From positions 42,224,001 through 42,288,000 of the forward strand of contig CM052816.1 of the NCBI GenBank assembly GCA_028534125.1: 64,000 nt of DNA, written 5' to 3'. Below, piece by piece: positions 1 to 11,572 of this stretch. Position numbers and translations under genes: made by a program. Positions within the stretch are counted from its first letter, which is position 1; the number at the start of each line of letters is the position of its first letter. Under the pieces are notes generated by a model. The model saw only the letters and a list, made by a program, of their open reading frames with translations. It had not been told where the DNA came from and did no database searches. Origin of the DNA: Lama glama (taxonomy: Eukaryota).

Positions 1-3000
1 ACTTCGAAAACTATTAAGACCAAATAATTGAAGAATTACTACTGTTTGCATGTTGACAGGTGTAAAATGAATATCCATAAAAAATAGTAATGTTAGTTTG
101 AGAAGCCAAGATTGACATACTGTATATCTCTCCGTTGGCTTTTATATTGCTATTTTGACTCTGCCAAGTTATACTAGTCATCTCATCCTACTCTGGAGGC
201 TTGATAAGGAGAGGGAGAAAATTAAGTCCTATCATTTCACCAACTCTGTCCCCTAAATACTCAAAGGATTTCAAAGAGTTAAAAGCACAAAGATCTGCAA
301 GGAACAACTGGGAGAAGAAAACACTGCATGTAAAGATGGTGATTTAGGAAATATAAGTCTAGTAAAACAAAGACCACTGACAGAAGAATACAATGCATGC
401 TTCTCTTTAGAGCTTTAAGAAATTTATTTTAAATATTAGCATTGGAAAAGAATGTCAAGTTAAGGGAGGACAAAAGGAGCTTTTGCTATGTACTCTTCTC
501 AGTTGTGCTCTTAATAAATGAACTCCCCTCCTCGAAAACATTTGTTAGATAGAAGCAATTAAGGCTGAGGCTCTATCCTCTCTCCACTAATTAATTATGG
601 CAAATGAGCCTGTAATGTGCATCATAACAACTTAATAAGCTGGGCCAAACTATTTTAGATTCTGCTATGCTAGTATTCCATCATTGCTGAGCTATTTAAA
701 ATAGTTAAGTAATGCCTGAACACAAATAGCTTTTGGAATACCTGTGTCCTTCAAAGGAAATTCTTGAGTCTTGCGCAGATGTGCTTTTTACCTGGAAGGG
801 GGTGAGAGCAAAGAATGCCACAGTAGAAGTGAGCAAAGGGAAGGACGATGAAACAGGGCAAACATGAGAGCTTACACAAACCATCATCTTCCATAACATA
901 ATATCCATGCCCTCTGCAGTGGGTCACACTGGCCACTAAGAAGCCATTCCAACAGGTCCTTCACATTTTCCCATACTTGTTGGACTTGAACAGTGGAGAC
1001 TTCAATAGCTGCACTAGCCTCTCTTTTTCGACATCATTGGTTATGTTACCAATTCTTGCCTGATGTCTAACTGAACCTGGATTAAAGTGTGACTAATACA
1101 AGCTCTTTAGTAATGTCTCTGCTTTTAATGAAACTTCAAAGACAGTTAGTGACTCACTGAGTCAATGAATGGACTTTGTACATCAGAGAACGAGTTAAAA
1201 TATGGCTTACTGTCAATGAACGAGCCAAGGGACCCAGATCATCTGTTAATTATCTCAGACCTGCTTATCTGAAACTTTAAAGCCCTAATTTCTTTCAAAT
1301 CAAAGGTCAGTGTGTTTTCCAGGTAGTAACATCTGCTACCACATCCAAGTGTGAACCGAATAACTTCAGCAAAAGTTAAGCAGATTCTCATCTCTCCATC
1401 CTTGAAGGACAGAGAGTTTGCTGCCCTTGCAGGTATAATTCAGGCATTTCCAGAAAGGAAGGAGAAGAGGGGGTGTCAGAGAGTTGATATGGAGCTCAGG
1501 GAGTGTGTGGTCTTTCAGGGGGTCCTTTCTCTGGATCCTTTCTTCCTGTTTATTATTTGTATCAAGTTTCTCTAGAATATAAAACCAGGGATTTTCACTA
1601 TAGAATGGAATGGAAAATACAGTGGAATTCTCTCAAAATATTTTTTAAACATGAGCTGTTTAGAGGCAGAGGGGATATGCCAATTTGACAGCCCAGAAAT
1701 TTTAGAGGCAAAGGCCAGTGATGAAGAAATTGTCATCGTCTCCCTTTCTCTCTGTTGTCACACCCATCATCTCAAGGTGGTAATGGGTAAAAATGGAGAC
1801 ACACAAAAAAATCTGTGTTTGGCCTAAGGGTAAATTTAATAAAGGCAGAAACTGTATTTGAACATATTTCTTGAGGTCTGTTCCAAAATACATTTTACCC
1901 TCAAATTTGTGATAAGAAGTAAATGAGATGAGAAGTAAATGTATACAGACTTTTCAGAAGTGATACTTTTGGTAAATTTTTTGGACAGAATCAAGAGTGG
2001 ACTGTAAAACCAGGCTCTAACTCATTTCTTCTCTTGTAACTTCCCTGCCATCTCCTTCTCTTTCCTATTCAGGATTTATTTTAGCAAGATGCTAAGATGT
2101 CAAATGATATAAATTTCAAATGTATCCTCTCCCAAATTTATATGTATTTGTAAAAGTTCACTCCAAAACCCCCAAGCCTTCAAAACTCAAAGGAGTACAG
2201 CAAGTAGAGAGAATGACAGGGACAAGGATGAGAGAGTAGATGGTCAGTTCTCAATGCCCTCTCAGTACCCTCCTGACCCACTTACTTACTGCCAAGGCCA
2301 GCCTGGAACACACGTAAGCAAGGACTGACAAGTGAAGGAAAGCTGCTCTGTATGCACTCTTGACCTGTGGAGTGGAGTTCAAAGAAATTAGAGCTTTTGA
2401 GAAAACTGTCCTTGAATTAGACATTTTCATAATATTCTCCGTGGAGAAAAAATCTAAGCAAGCAATTTGGAAAGATTTGGGATCAGCTTAAATCCTATGG
2501 ATACCACAAAGACTAAGATGGTTCAGTCAGCAATATATGACTAACCAAAATGTTTTTCTCCAACAGGGAGAGTCAGTCCTTTTTATATACCATTGTCACT
2601 CGCTGACAGGCCATAAATCCACTGTGTATTTGCTTAGAACAGGAAAATGGAGATACAGCCAGATAATCTTGCTTATTATATTTCTGTGACTCCTGCTTTT
2701 CTTTTCTCAGCAGTCACACTGCCTATGTGGTCTTGAGCAAGGCCCCAAATGCCCCAATCTGTTAGTTTAATGAGTTTCTCCACCTAGTTTTATGAGTTTC
2801 TCTCACCTAACTTGTGGAAGCCTTCTCTGAAGTTCCACGACTGCACTTCACAGAACAGCTTGCCAGCCTTGATTTCCAATAACAGAAAAAGCCTCTCAAA
2901 CAATAGCTCATTTGACTTAAATCAAATTTTATCAATCATATATCAACTCTAGAACAGTACGGTCACTCAGAAAACAAACTCCATCAGGGTAAGTTCTTCT

Positions 3001-3394
3001 CTAGCTTGTTCTTTCTCTCCGCACTGAGGCTGACTTTCTTTTGAGGAAGATAAAATTGATGTAAAATATCTAAAGACATATCAAATTCCAAAACAACTGC
3101 ATAATTTTCCTTCAACCTGTGCACATTTATGAGACATTAAATCATTTGATTTCTGAGAAATCCTCTGCCTTGCTTTGAGAGACAAAAGTTGTTCCTTTTA
3201 CGAACAGGTAACTGAGTAATTTAAGAAAATGACTGTATGGGGTTAGCCTAAGAAAAGGGAATTTGGTTTCTCCATGACATTATAACAATTTTAAAAAACT
3301 ATGAAAATTCCTAGTGAAAAAGTAGGATAAAAATTTGCCTATATGTGACTAAAATAACCATAATAAAACAAGCAGCAGAAATTATTTATAGATG

Positions 3395-3876
3395 GGCAAT
3401 CAACATGAGAGAGGGTCAACTTCAAAAGTCACCAAGACAATGCAAATTAAAATCACAGTGTGATCCTACACATACACCAAGATGCCTAAAATGGAAAGAT
3501 TAGAAAAGGCCCAGTGGAGGTAAGAGCTCTCTTACACTGCAGGTGGACAGGAGAATTAGTACAACTACTTGGGAAATCTGTTCGGCAGGATCTATTTAAA
3601 CTGAAAGCACATACTCCCGCTTACCTGACAGTTCCACTTTTAGGTATACTCCCAACAGAAATTTGTACATACACTCACTGGAATGCATGTGTCAGATTGT
3701 TCATAGCAGAGTTGTAACAACCTCCAAATGAAAACTCCAAATATCCAACAACAGTTGAATGGATAAATTATTCACACCATGGAAAACATTACCACTATGA
3801 AGGTAAATAACTACACACAACAATATGAATGAATCTCATAAACATAGTGTTAAATGAAAGAAGCCAGACACAAAAG
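3395..3876 (+). mobile_element. Old L1 (L1ME/L1MD-like) 3' region, abruptly truncated by a retro-insert
   Basis: L1 3' motifs 'atgcaaattaaaatcacagtg', 'taggtatactcccaacagaaat', 'gaatggataaatta', 'atgaatctcataaacatagtgttaaatgaaagaagccagacacaaaag'. Confidence 0.85.
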
Positions 3877-4440
3877 TTTTCTTCTTTTTTTCCCTAAGAG
3901 AGAAGCTGAGTTTATTTCAGTGATTAAGGTCTTGCCACCTGAGGACTCCCAGAGTCTGCCCTTCAGGGCCCAGAGGAAGGAGGGTCCTCGTTGTAAGCAA
4001 CAAGCCCTCAGCTCAGGGCCCCCCAGCAGATTCCAGCCCAGGACCACCCTGCCAGGGTCTTCCCTCTTCCCCTAGCCAGAGGGGACAGGTAACCAGGTGG
4101 GTCACCTGTATGTACACTTGGCTGTGAGTCCCATTTGTATCAAATACAAAGACAGACAAACCTGATCGATGCCTCGTTCGTGTTACTTACGAAGGTGCAA
4201 AGAGAAAGTCAAGTGCCCAGCAGATAGGAGGACTCGTCGCCCTCCAAGCTGCCCCTTCTCCTGTGGGAAGCCTCCACCCCAAGCACCACACTGATGATAA
4301 AATTAAGACAGTTTTCCAGGTGACCGCTGATGCAGAAGTACATGACGAGCAGGCACAAAGCCATTGAGACAAACGTGATGCAGCTTCCAGGGGAGAGAAG
4401 GACATTGTGCTCACCCAACACAGACCCCTGACTATCAGGG
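3877..4440 (-). pseudogene. Probable retroposed mRNA 3' end (processed retrocopy or transduction); parent unidentified, 5' boundary uncertain
   Basis: Minus-strand AATAAA (plus 'tttatt' 3911-3916) about 20 nt before a degenerate A tail (plus T-tract 3877-3891); GC- and CpG-richer than the flanks; interrupts an L1. Confidence 0.6.
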
Positions 4441-5296
4441 AAGCTTTTCTTTAATTCTCCCATTTACAGCTCTATCAAAGCACAGAAAATAGTTTGATGT
4501 AGGCTATGGTTAGAAATGGAAACTTGTTAGGTGTGATGTGGGGGAGGGGATGTGTTGGCAAGGGGGTCTAAGAGATGGTGAGTGCACTTATTCAGTGCAT
4601 TTCCAAAAACTATTACAGACATTTACTTCACCTCTCATTTTTTTGTGGAGAAGTTGCAGGTGGACATGGCACTGAGTCTCTTTTTCAATTTGTTTAAATT
4701 GTGCACAAACAGACCATAGGAAGGCTGAGAAGATATCCACTACAATGAATATAACTTACAGACAAGAGAATCTGACACACATTTGAGGATGTGTCAAGAG
4801 CTAATTTTGTTGGATAATAAACTGCAAGTGTACACATAAGGAGTTAAACAAGGGTTATTCTTACTTTGTCAAATGAGGCTTTTTCTTCTGATGTTTCTCT
4901 TCTTTTGGTTAATACCATACTCTGAAACTTTCTCCATGGCAGCGACCCTTCTTATCTATCTTTGTGCCCCTATAACAGGGGCTCATGTGAAAGGTTCTCA
5001 AAAAATTATGTCAAATGGCAGAAATGTCACTATTGATAATTCGCCCTGAAGTGCTCTCTTCCATCAGGGATTCCTATTCTCCCCACATCCATAATGGCTT
5101 GTGATAAAAGCCTTCCAAGGTGCAGGCACATCATTTTTGTCTTCCTCCCCTTCATGTTCCCTGAGTCACTTTCAAATTGCTTATTTCTTACCACCTGCAA
5201 CACTAACCTTTCTCCACCCACACCCCTTACCTACCTAGTGCCTTGATTTCAAAATGTCTGGAAGCAGTAGAACTCTGGGAGACACGCAGAAGGCTC

Positions 5297-5463
5297 TACT
5301 TCTCAGCCCTGCCTGCACACTGGAGTCACCTGGGAAACGGGAAACTGATGGCTGAATCCCACTCTCAGAAATTAAGACTCAGTTCGCTTAGGTGGATCCC
5401 TGGTAGCTGGAATTTTTAAAGTATAACAGTTAATTCTGATGTAGCCAGGACTGAGAACCACAG
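5297..5463. mobile_element. MER5A-like hAT-Charlie MITE
   Basis: 'ctgcacactggagtcacctggga...ctgatgtagccaggactgagaaccacag'. Confidence 0.8.
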
Positions 5464-6074
5464 CCTCGAGGATAAATGCATATTTGCTAGATGTGGAGAA
5501 TAGCCATGAATAAAGCAGGACACAGAAGGAAGGCCAATAAATACAGACTCTGAGCATCTTAAGAAACAAAGTAAGAGAAGGAGTAGTGGTGGGGAGAGAA
5601 CAAATCAACAGAGGTCCTGTTCTTGGCAGAGCTTGGGTTTTGATGAAAAGAAGCTGGCAACTCCCAGATGTACTTCTACTCAGTCCTAAGTGGCTACGAA
5701 TAAGTGAGCTTCTGATGGTTCTACTCACAGTACAGAAGCCTGATTTATTCCAGGAGAAAGGAAATAGTAAGGACAGAGCACATGACTCTGCATATGAAAC
5801 GCTGGGGAGGCCATAGTGACCGTAACCTGTTTTCATCAGTACAGTGGCTTTGGCACCCTCTTCTAACAGCCACCACCCACCTCCAACACCACCCTCCTGT
5901 CTGTTAAGTGCACTCCTTCTGCCCCGCCCCACCACATGCTCCCTCCTCATTCTCTCGGCAATTCTTTTACCATTCAGTGACGTTGATAAAAGTATTCTGG
6001 TGGTTGTCATTAATGCTTTTATTATAAATTTAGTTTCTAACTCTTCACAGTGATGACTACCCCACCAAGAAAAC

Positions 6075-6290
6075 TTCAAGCACAGGCTTTAGAACCAAAG
6101 AAATGAAGGTCTGCACGCAGATTTGATCATTTATCAGTCATATAATATGGGCAATTAGTTTTCTGGGCCTCAGTTACTTTCAATCTATAAAATGGAGATA
6201 ATAATATCTACCTTGCAAGGTTTCATGAGGATTAAATAAGGTCATAAAAAAAAATTCCTGACATTTTAAAGGTGCACAGCAAATATTCGT
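6075..6290 (+). mobile_element. MIR SINE
   Basis: MIR core 'gggcctcagtt...ctataaaatggagataataatatctacc...gaggattaaat'. Confidence 0.8.
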
Positions 6291-6322
6291 TTTCTCCCCC
6301 TCTAGATAAGACCTACCTTTCA

Positions 6323-6558
6323 GACCCACACTGTCCAATATGGTAGCCACTAGCCACCCGTAGCTATTAAAATTTTAAATGAAATTAAAAGTACTTAAAA
6401 TTAGAAATTCAATTCTCTCAGTTAACCTAACCACATTTCAAGTGCTCCACAGCCACACACAGTTATCAATAAATATACACACACATACATACATATCTCA
6501 TTAGACAGCACAGATTATAGACTGTTTCCATCACTGCAGAAAGTTCTAGTAGACAGTA
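6323..6558. mobile_element. MER3-like hAT-Charlie MITE
   Basis: 'ctgtccaatatggtagccactagccac...ccacatttcaagtgctc...tttccatcactgcagaaagttct'. Confidence 0.85.
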
Positions 6559-6724
6559 CATCTACACCATCAGAGCCTGCTTAAGTGCAACTACAGTGAA
6601 GGCAGCAATCATCCATGGAACTCACTGGCTCAGGGCTAAATCCTTCTATCAGAATATTCCATGTGTAACACAACCTGCCGCTTCTAGGTGTTCACATCCG
6701 GGAAGAAAGGGACAAAAAAGAAAA

Positions 6725-6950
6725 CCCTAGAGAAAGACAAATACCATATAATCTCTTTTAGATGTGGAATCTAAAAAATTAATAACCACCCTAATAGATA
6801 CAGAGACCAGAGTCGTAGTTGCTAGCGGTAGGTAGTGGGGAGTGGGAGAGGGTAAACTGTTTTTGTTGTTTTTTCAGTTTAAATAAATTGAATTTAAAAA
6901 TTAATTAATTAAATTCAAAGTATCAGCATGCTGAAAATAAAATAAAAAAA
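6725..6950 (+). mobile_element. L1 3' UTR fragment
   Basis: 'agagaaagacaaataccatataatctc...tgtggaatctaaaaaa...atagatacagagaccaga' followed by an A-rich tail. Confidence 0.75.
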
Positions 6951-8101
6951 GAAGATGCTGAGGAATCTGAAAATAAGCGTGACTTACTCAGCAATTTTGC
7001 TGAGGCTGGGCCGGTTATGTTAGTCTTCAACTCTGCATAAGCAAATAAATCCATCCAAGGTTGTCAAGTAAAGGGTATATTTGCCATGAATTTTACTTAA
7101 TATTCACACACAGCTTCTAGACACTGCCTTGGTCAATTTTGAATTCATTTCCCTAGCAACCTGGGCTAAATTAAGCAGCATGACAGAGCCATGAGGCAGG
7201 GAGCCTTTTGAACATCTTAACCCATCATCTCAGACTTCACAGTTGCCTTTTATCTTAGTTGCTATGCCTACGCCAGCTTGCCAACAACTGTCATCTGAGG
7301 GCTATAGTCTCCAGGTCACTAGTTCAGGTCATGACTTGTTTAGACAGGAGAAACAAGAACATGACGGGTCACAGGGTGTGGTTGTGCAGGCTGTATACTG
7401 CACAACTCCATGGGGTACCATTTACAAAGTTATCACAAATTTGTACATTTATTCTGACAATTTCTCAAAAAGTAGCAAAATATCTTAAGCAAAGGGAAGC
7501 TGTTTCTACCTTTCATAAAGGTGCTGTATACATTAGCTACAGGGCTGCACTGCTCTGAAGCTAGAAGGCAGAAACAAAGTCAAAATCCTAATCTAGGGAT
7601 AATTTAGCACTGGGGCCCAAGAATGTTCTGGATAGCCACAGCAGTCTTTGTTCCAATAGCTGCTGGAGAAACTGGGCCTCATGATTCACTAAACTGGACC
7701 AGACTTGCCCTCTGATTTAGAGACTTTCACTGGTTCTGACCAGGTTTCAACATTGACAGTGTTTCTCAAGCCTGGTTCTACAGCCGCCTAAAGAGTTAAA
7801 AAAAAAAAAAAAAACCCTCATGGGTAAAGAATAGATTGGTAGTTACCAGAGGCAGAAGGTGAGGGGTGGGCAAAATGGGTAAGGTGGTCAAAAGGTACAA
7901 ACTTCCAGTTGCAAAATAAACAAGTCATAGGGATATAATACAAGGCATGATGATGATAGTTAATAATACCATATTGTATATTTAAAAACTGTGGAGGGAT
8001 AAATTAGGAGCTGAGGATTAACAGACCCACATTGTTATATATAAAAATAGATAAACAGCAAGGACCTACTGTATAGCACAGGGAACTATATTCAGTTTCT
8101 T

Positions 8102-8486
8102 TTATTTGTTTGTTTATTTTGAGGGTAAACAAAGTTTAATCTAGGAAGAGCAACTCATTGAGAGCTAAAGCCATTTTAAAATTTACATATATGTATTGTT
8201 CATTGTTTTTAAGAACAGTTTAGAGCTTTAGCTTTTTTTTAAAACATTTTTTATTGAGTTATAGTCATTTTACAATGTTGTGTCAAATAGAGCTTTATCT
8301 TTTTAAACTTACATAGTTATAAAAGCAATAAAGCCAACCACAAAATAAGAATCAACAGAATGCAGTAATCCAATCATAAAGGACAGTCAAATGTGCTTAC
8401 ATACATTCAAGAAATCAATCATCTAAGTATAATCTAAGTTATAAATAATAAGTGATTCACTGGTGCCCTTTATTTTAGATTCTACA
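8102..8486 (-). pseudogene. TSD-flanked retroposed non-repeat sequence (mRNA 3' UTR retrocopy or L1 chimera/transduction)
   Basis: 15-bp TSD tatattca[g/a]tttctt at 8087-8101 and 8487-8501; minus-strand ATTAAA (8135-8140) 14 nt before a degenerate A tail (8101-8120). Confidence 0.8.
8237..8287 (-). mobile_element. ~50-bp extreme 3' end of a young camelid-type L1
   Basis: Reverse complement 'tttgacacaacattgtaaaatgactataactcaataaaaaatg' nearly matches 13062-13105; 16-bp TSD tagagcttta[g/t]ctttt at 8221-8236 and 8288-8303. Confidence 0.9.
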
Positions 8487-10437
8487 TATATTCAATTTCT
8501 TGTAATAACATATAATGGAAAAGAATCTGAAAAGAAAAAAATATATATGTATGTAAATGTACAAGTGAATTGCTCTGCCGTACACCAGAAACTGAAGTCG
8601 TAAATCAATTACCTTTCAATAAGTTTTTTTAAAAAGGTGCTAAGACAGTAAATCTTAAAAGATCTCATCACACACACAAAAATAACTATTTGTGATGATG
8701 GATGTTAACTAGACTTATTGTGGTGAACATTTCATAGTACATACAGATATCAAATCATTATGTCATACATCTGTAACTAACATACTGTTATATGCCAACT
8801 ATATCTCAATTTTTTTAAAAAACCTGATTCTGAATCCTACCTCAGACCAATAAGTTAACATTTCTGTGGACAGAGCCTGGGGACCAGTATTTTATAAAAG
8901 GATCTAGGGTGCAGCATGGTGGCTAACTGCTCCTCCAGCAGGTAGAAAGACTGGAGCAGATGGAGAGAAATGGGATCTGATGTCTGGGACAAAAATGTTA
9001 AAACGATAGACTTTTAAAATGTACTGCACAGGCCTTTTGATCATTAGAACCAAAGATAAGCAGAAAATAGAAAAAAGTTTTAAATAAGCGACACGATCTG
9101 GTACTCATGATTGCAGAGGGCGTCTTCATCACTTGATTTTAAAGTTTAAATAATTGCTCTGCAAATGTAAAGAAGTAATAGCAAACTTTATTGATAAACT
9201 GTTCTGGAGTGCTCAAATAGAACTTTAAAGTATTAGAAGAAGCCAGGAAGGAAATAACTGAGAAGGGAAAGAGGAAGTCAACCCATTTAAGGGGCTCAGC
9301 AAAGGCCTGCAGGTAGCACAGCACCTCACATCTGAGCTCAGGGAGCAAGGGCTCACTGCAGTGATTCGAACGGACGAGGCATAACCACAAGGGAAGCCGA
9401 GACGATCTCCCAAAACTGTGACTTGTTTGTTTAGAAGACCTCAGAATTTCCTGCTAAATAATCCAAGTGTGGCCTAGTCTAGCTTGTTTCAGATGAGACT
9501 GGCTTAGTCATTTTATCCATTTCAAGCGTTCTCTATGAGTCATGGGTCACATTCACTTCACATCCAGGTCTAAGATAGCCTGTCCCCTTGAAATCCCTGT
9601 GGAGTGAAGTCCGCACAGCCAGCCATTTCTGTGCTATCTCAAACATGAGTCAGTGCTTTGCTGTCTTCCTTTGCCACCCAACATGAGTGAAAAATATTCA
9701 GAATTCCCAGAAAAGCAGATATATTCTAATTGGTTCTTAGTAAAACAGCCCATCTCATAAATGTATGCTGTATTTTCAAGCACATGTTCAGAGCCTAAAA
9801 ATACACATTCACTTTGAATTCATTTACTGAAGATAGATGTTTTAAAAAATTTAGGGAAAAGAACATATTTTTTTCTCTCCTCCACTTCTTATCCAAATCC
9901 TTTTTTGCTTTCAAAAGCCATTTCACCTCTCATATCTCCCATTAAATATTCCCAGCCCAAAGTAACCTCTTCCACTCAGAATTTATACGGATTAACTGAC
10001 CCTGTCATTTAGTATTATTCATATATTGTATTATTACACTTATAGTTATTTAGCTTATCATGTGGGCATATCTTTTATACCTGTTATGTTCTTCAAATAT
10101 GTCCATGGGCACAGTGCACAGTGGAAGAATACATATTTTGTAGTATTCACTGAATGTTAGATGAAGTCATTATGAAACAGTTCAAATTTGTGAACCAATT
10201 TTATCCCATATCTATCTATGCTATTGTTCCCTTTCTCACAAAGGAGAAGACAAAATCGTATGTCAGGATATAAGATAGGATGCCCTGGTTTTTTTGTTTG
10301 TTTGTTTACAATTATAGGACCTAAATGGCCTGAATCTCTGAATTCTTTCATGTGTCAGGTACCAGAAACATGAGTAGAGGATAGGGAACTTCCAATGCTT
10401 TCCCAGTAGAGGCATGTGTTTTTAAAGATTTTTTTTC

Positions 10438-11420
10438 TTTTCTTTAAAATTTTTTAAAAATTGAAGTATAGTTGATTTACAATGTTGTGTTAGCTTCAGA
10501 TGTATATCAAAGTGATTCAGTTATATATATATGTATACACACACATACAAACATACATACACATATATATACACACATATTATATATAGTTTTTCAGATT
10601 CTTCTCCATTAAAGGTTATTACAATGTATTGAATGTAGTTCCCTGAGCTCTACCATAGGTCCTTATTGTTTATCTATTTTATATATAGTAGTGTTATCTG
10701 TTAATCTCAAATTCCTAATTTATCCTTCCCCACTCCTTCCTCTTTGATAACCATAAGATTGCTTTCTATGTCTGTAAGTCTGTTTCTGTTTTTTAAATAA
10801 ATTCACTTGTATCATTTTTTTGGATTCCACATGTAAGTGGTATCATATGATATTTGCCTGTCTCTGTCTGACTTACTTCATTTAGTATAATCTCTAGGTC
10901 CATCCATGTTGCTGCAAATGACATTATTTCATTCTTTTTTATGGCTAATATTCCATTTTATACACACACACACACACACACACATATAATATATCACATC
11001 TTCTTTATCCATTCATCTGTTGATAAACACTTAGTTTGCTTCCATATCTTGGCTATTGTAAATAGTGCTGCTATGAACATTGAAGTGCGTGTATCTTTTC
11101 AAAGTAGGGTGTTTGTCTTTTCCAGATATGTGCTCAAGAGTAGGATAGCTGGATCATATGGTAACTCTATTTTTAGTTTTCTAAGGAACCTCTATACTGT
11201 TCTCCATAGTGGCTGTACCAATTTAAATTCCTGAAATTACATACATATCAACAGTGTAGGAGGGTTCCCATTTCTCCACACCATCTTCAGCATTTATTAT
11301 TTGTAGACTTTTTGATGATGGTCATTCTTACTAGTGTGAGATGATAACCTCATTGTAGTTTTGATTTGCATTTCTCGAATAATTGGTAATGTTGAACGTC
11401 TTTTCACATGTCTGTTAGCT
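10438..11420 (-). mobile_element. Artiodactyl L1 3' ~1 kb (ORF2 end and 3' UTR) with embedded (CA)n/(TA)n
   Basis: 'aattgaagtatagttgatttacaatgttgtgttag...ctctaggtccatccatgttgctgcaaatg...ttttgatttgcatttctc'; microsatellites at ~10522-10588 and 10963-10984. Confidence 0.95.
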
Positions 11421-11479
11421 ACCTGTATATCTTAAAGAAGATTTTTTTAAAGAATAGGGAGGAGTACTGGCAACCAAAT

Positions 11480-11572
11480 GATGGCATGTCATTGATTGTA
11501 GAACACATCCTGATTTCAAAAATGTTAAAATGTGAAAAAATACGTGTTTTGAAGCCAATGATATATGATAAG
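11480..11572. mobile_element. TcMar-Tigger-like terminal fragment (MamRep434/Tigger15-like)
   Basis: 'gattgtagaacacatcctgatttcaaaaatgttaaaatgtgaaaaaatacgtgttttgaagccaatgatatatg'. Confidence 0.55.

Larger units (their letters stand above)
7991..8635 (+). mobile_element. Artiodactyl-type L1 3' end, split (7991-8101 and 8487-8635)
   Basis: 'ggagggataaattaggag...aaggacctactgtatagcacagggaactatattca' resumes at 'tcttgtaataacatataatggaaaagaatctgaaaa...tacaccagaaact'. Confidence 0.9.
7815..8820 (+). mobile_element. L1MA-like 3' end, split (7815-7990 and ~8635-8820)
   Basis: 'gaatagattggtagttaccagaggc...ggtcaaaaggtacaaacttccagtt...taataataccatattgtata' resumes at 'tgctaagacagtaaatcttaaaagatctcatcac...caactatatctcaat'. 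Confidence 0.85.
7757..8915. mobile_element. MER5-like element split into 7757-7797 and ~8820-8915 by nested L1 insertions
   Basis: Left arm 'cagtgtttctcaagcctgg'; right arm 'ctgattctgaatcctacctcagacc...gagcctggggaccagtatttt'. Confidence 0.65.

Noticed and set aside
2711..2989. Plus-strand segment with a strong acceptor (2710) and donor (gtaagt 2990)
   Set aside because: Early stop codons, includes a local tandem duplication and has no supporting neighbours; indistinguishable from a pseudo-exon
5372..6079. 235-aa minus-strand ORF, the longest in the track
   Set aside because: Non-ATG start, runs into a MER5A element, has no recognisable domain or supporting splice structure; treated as a chance ORF
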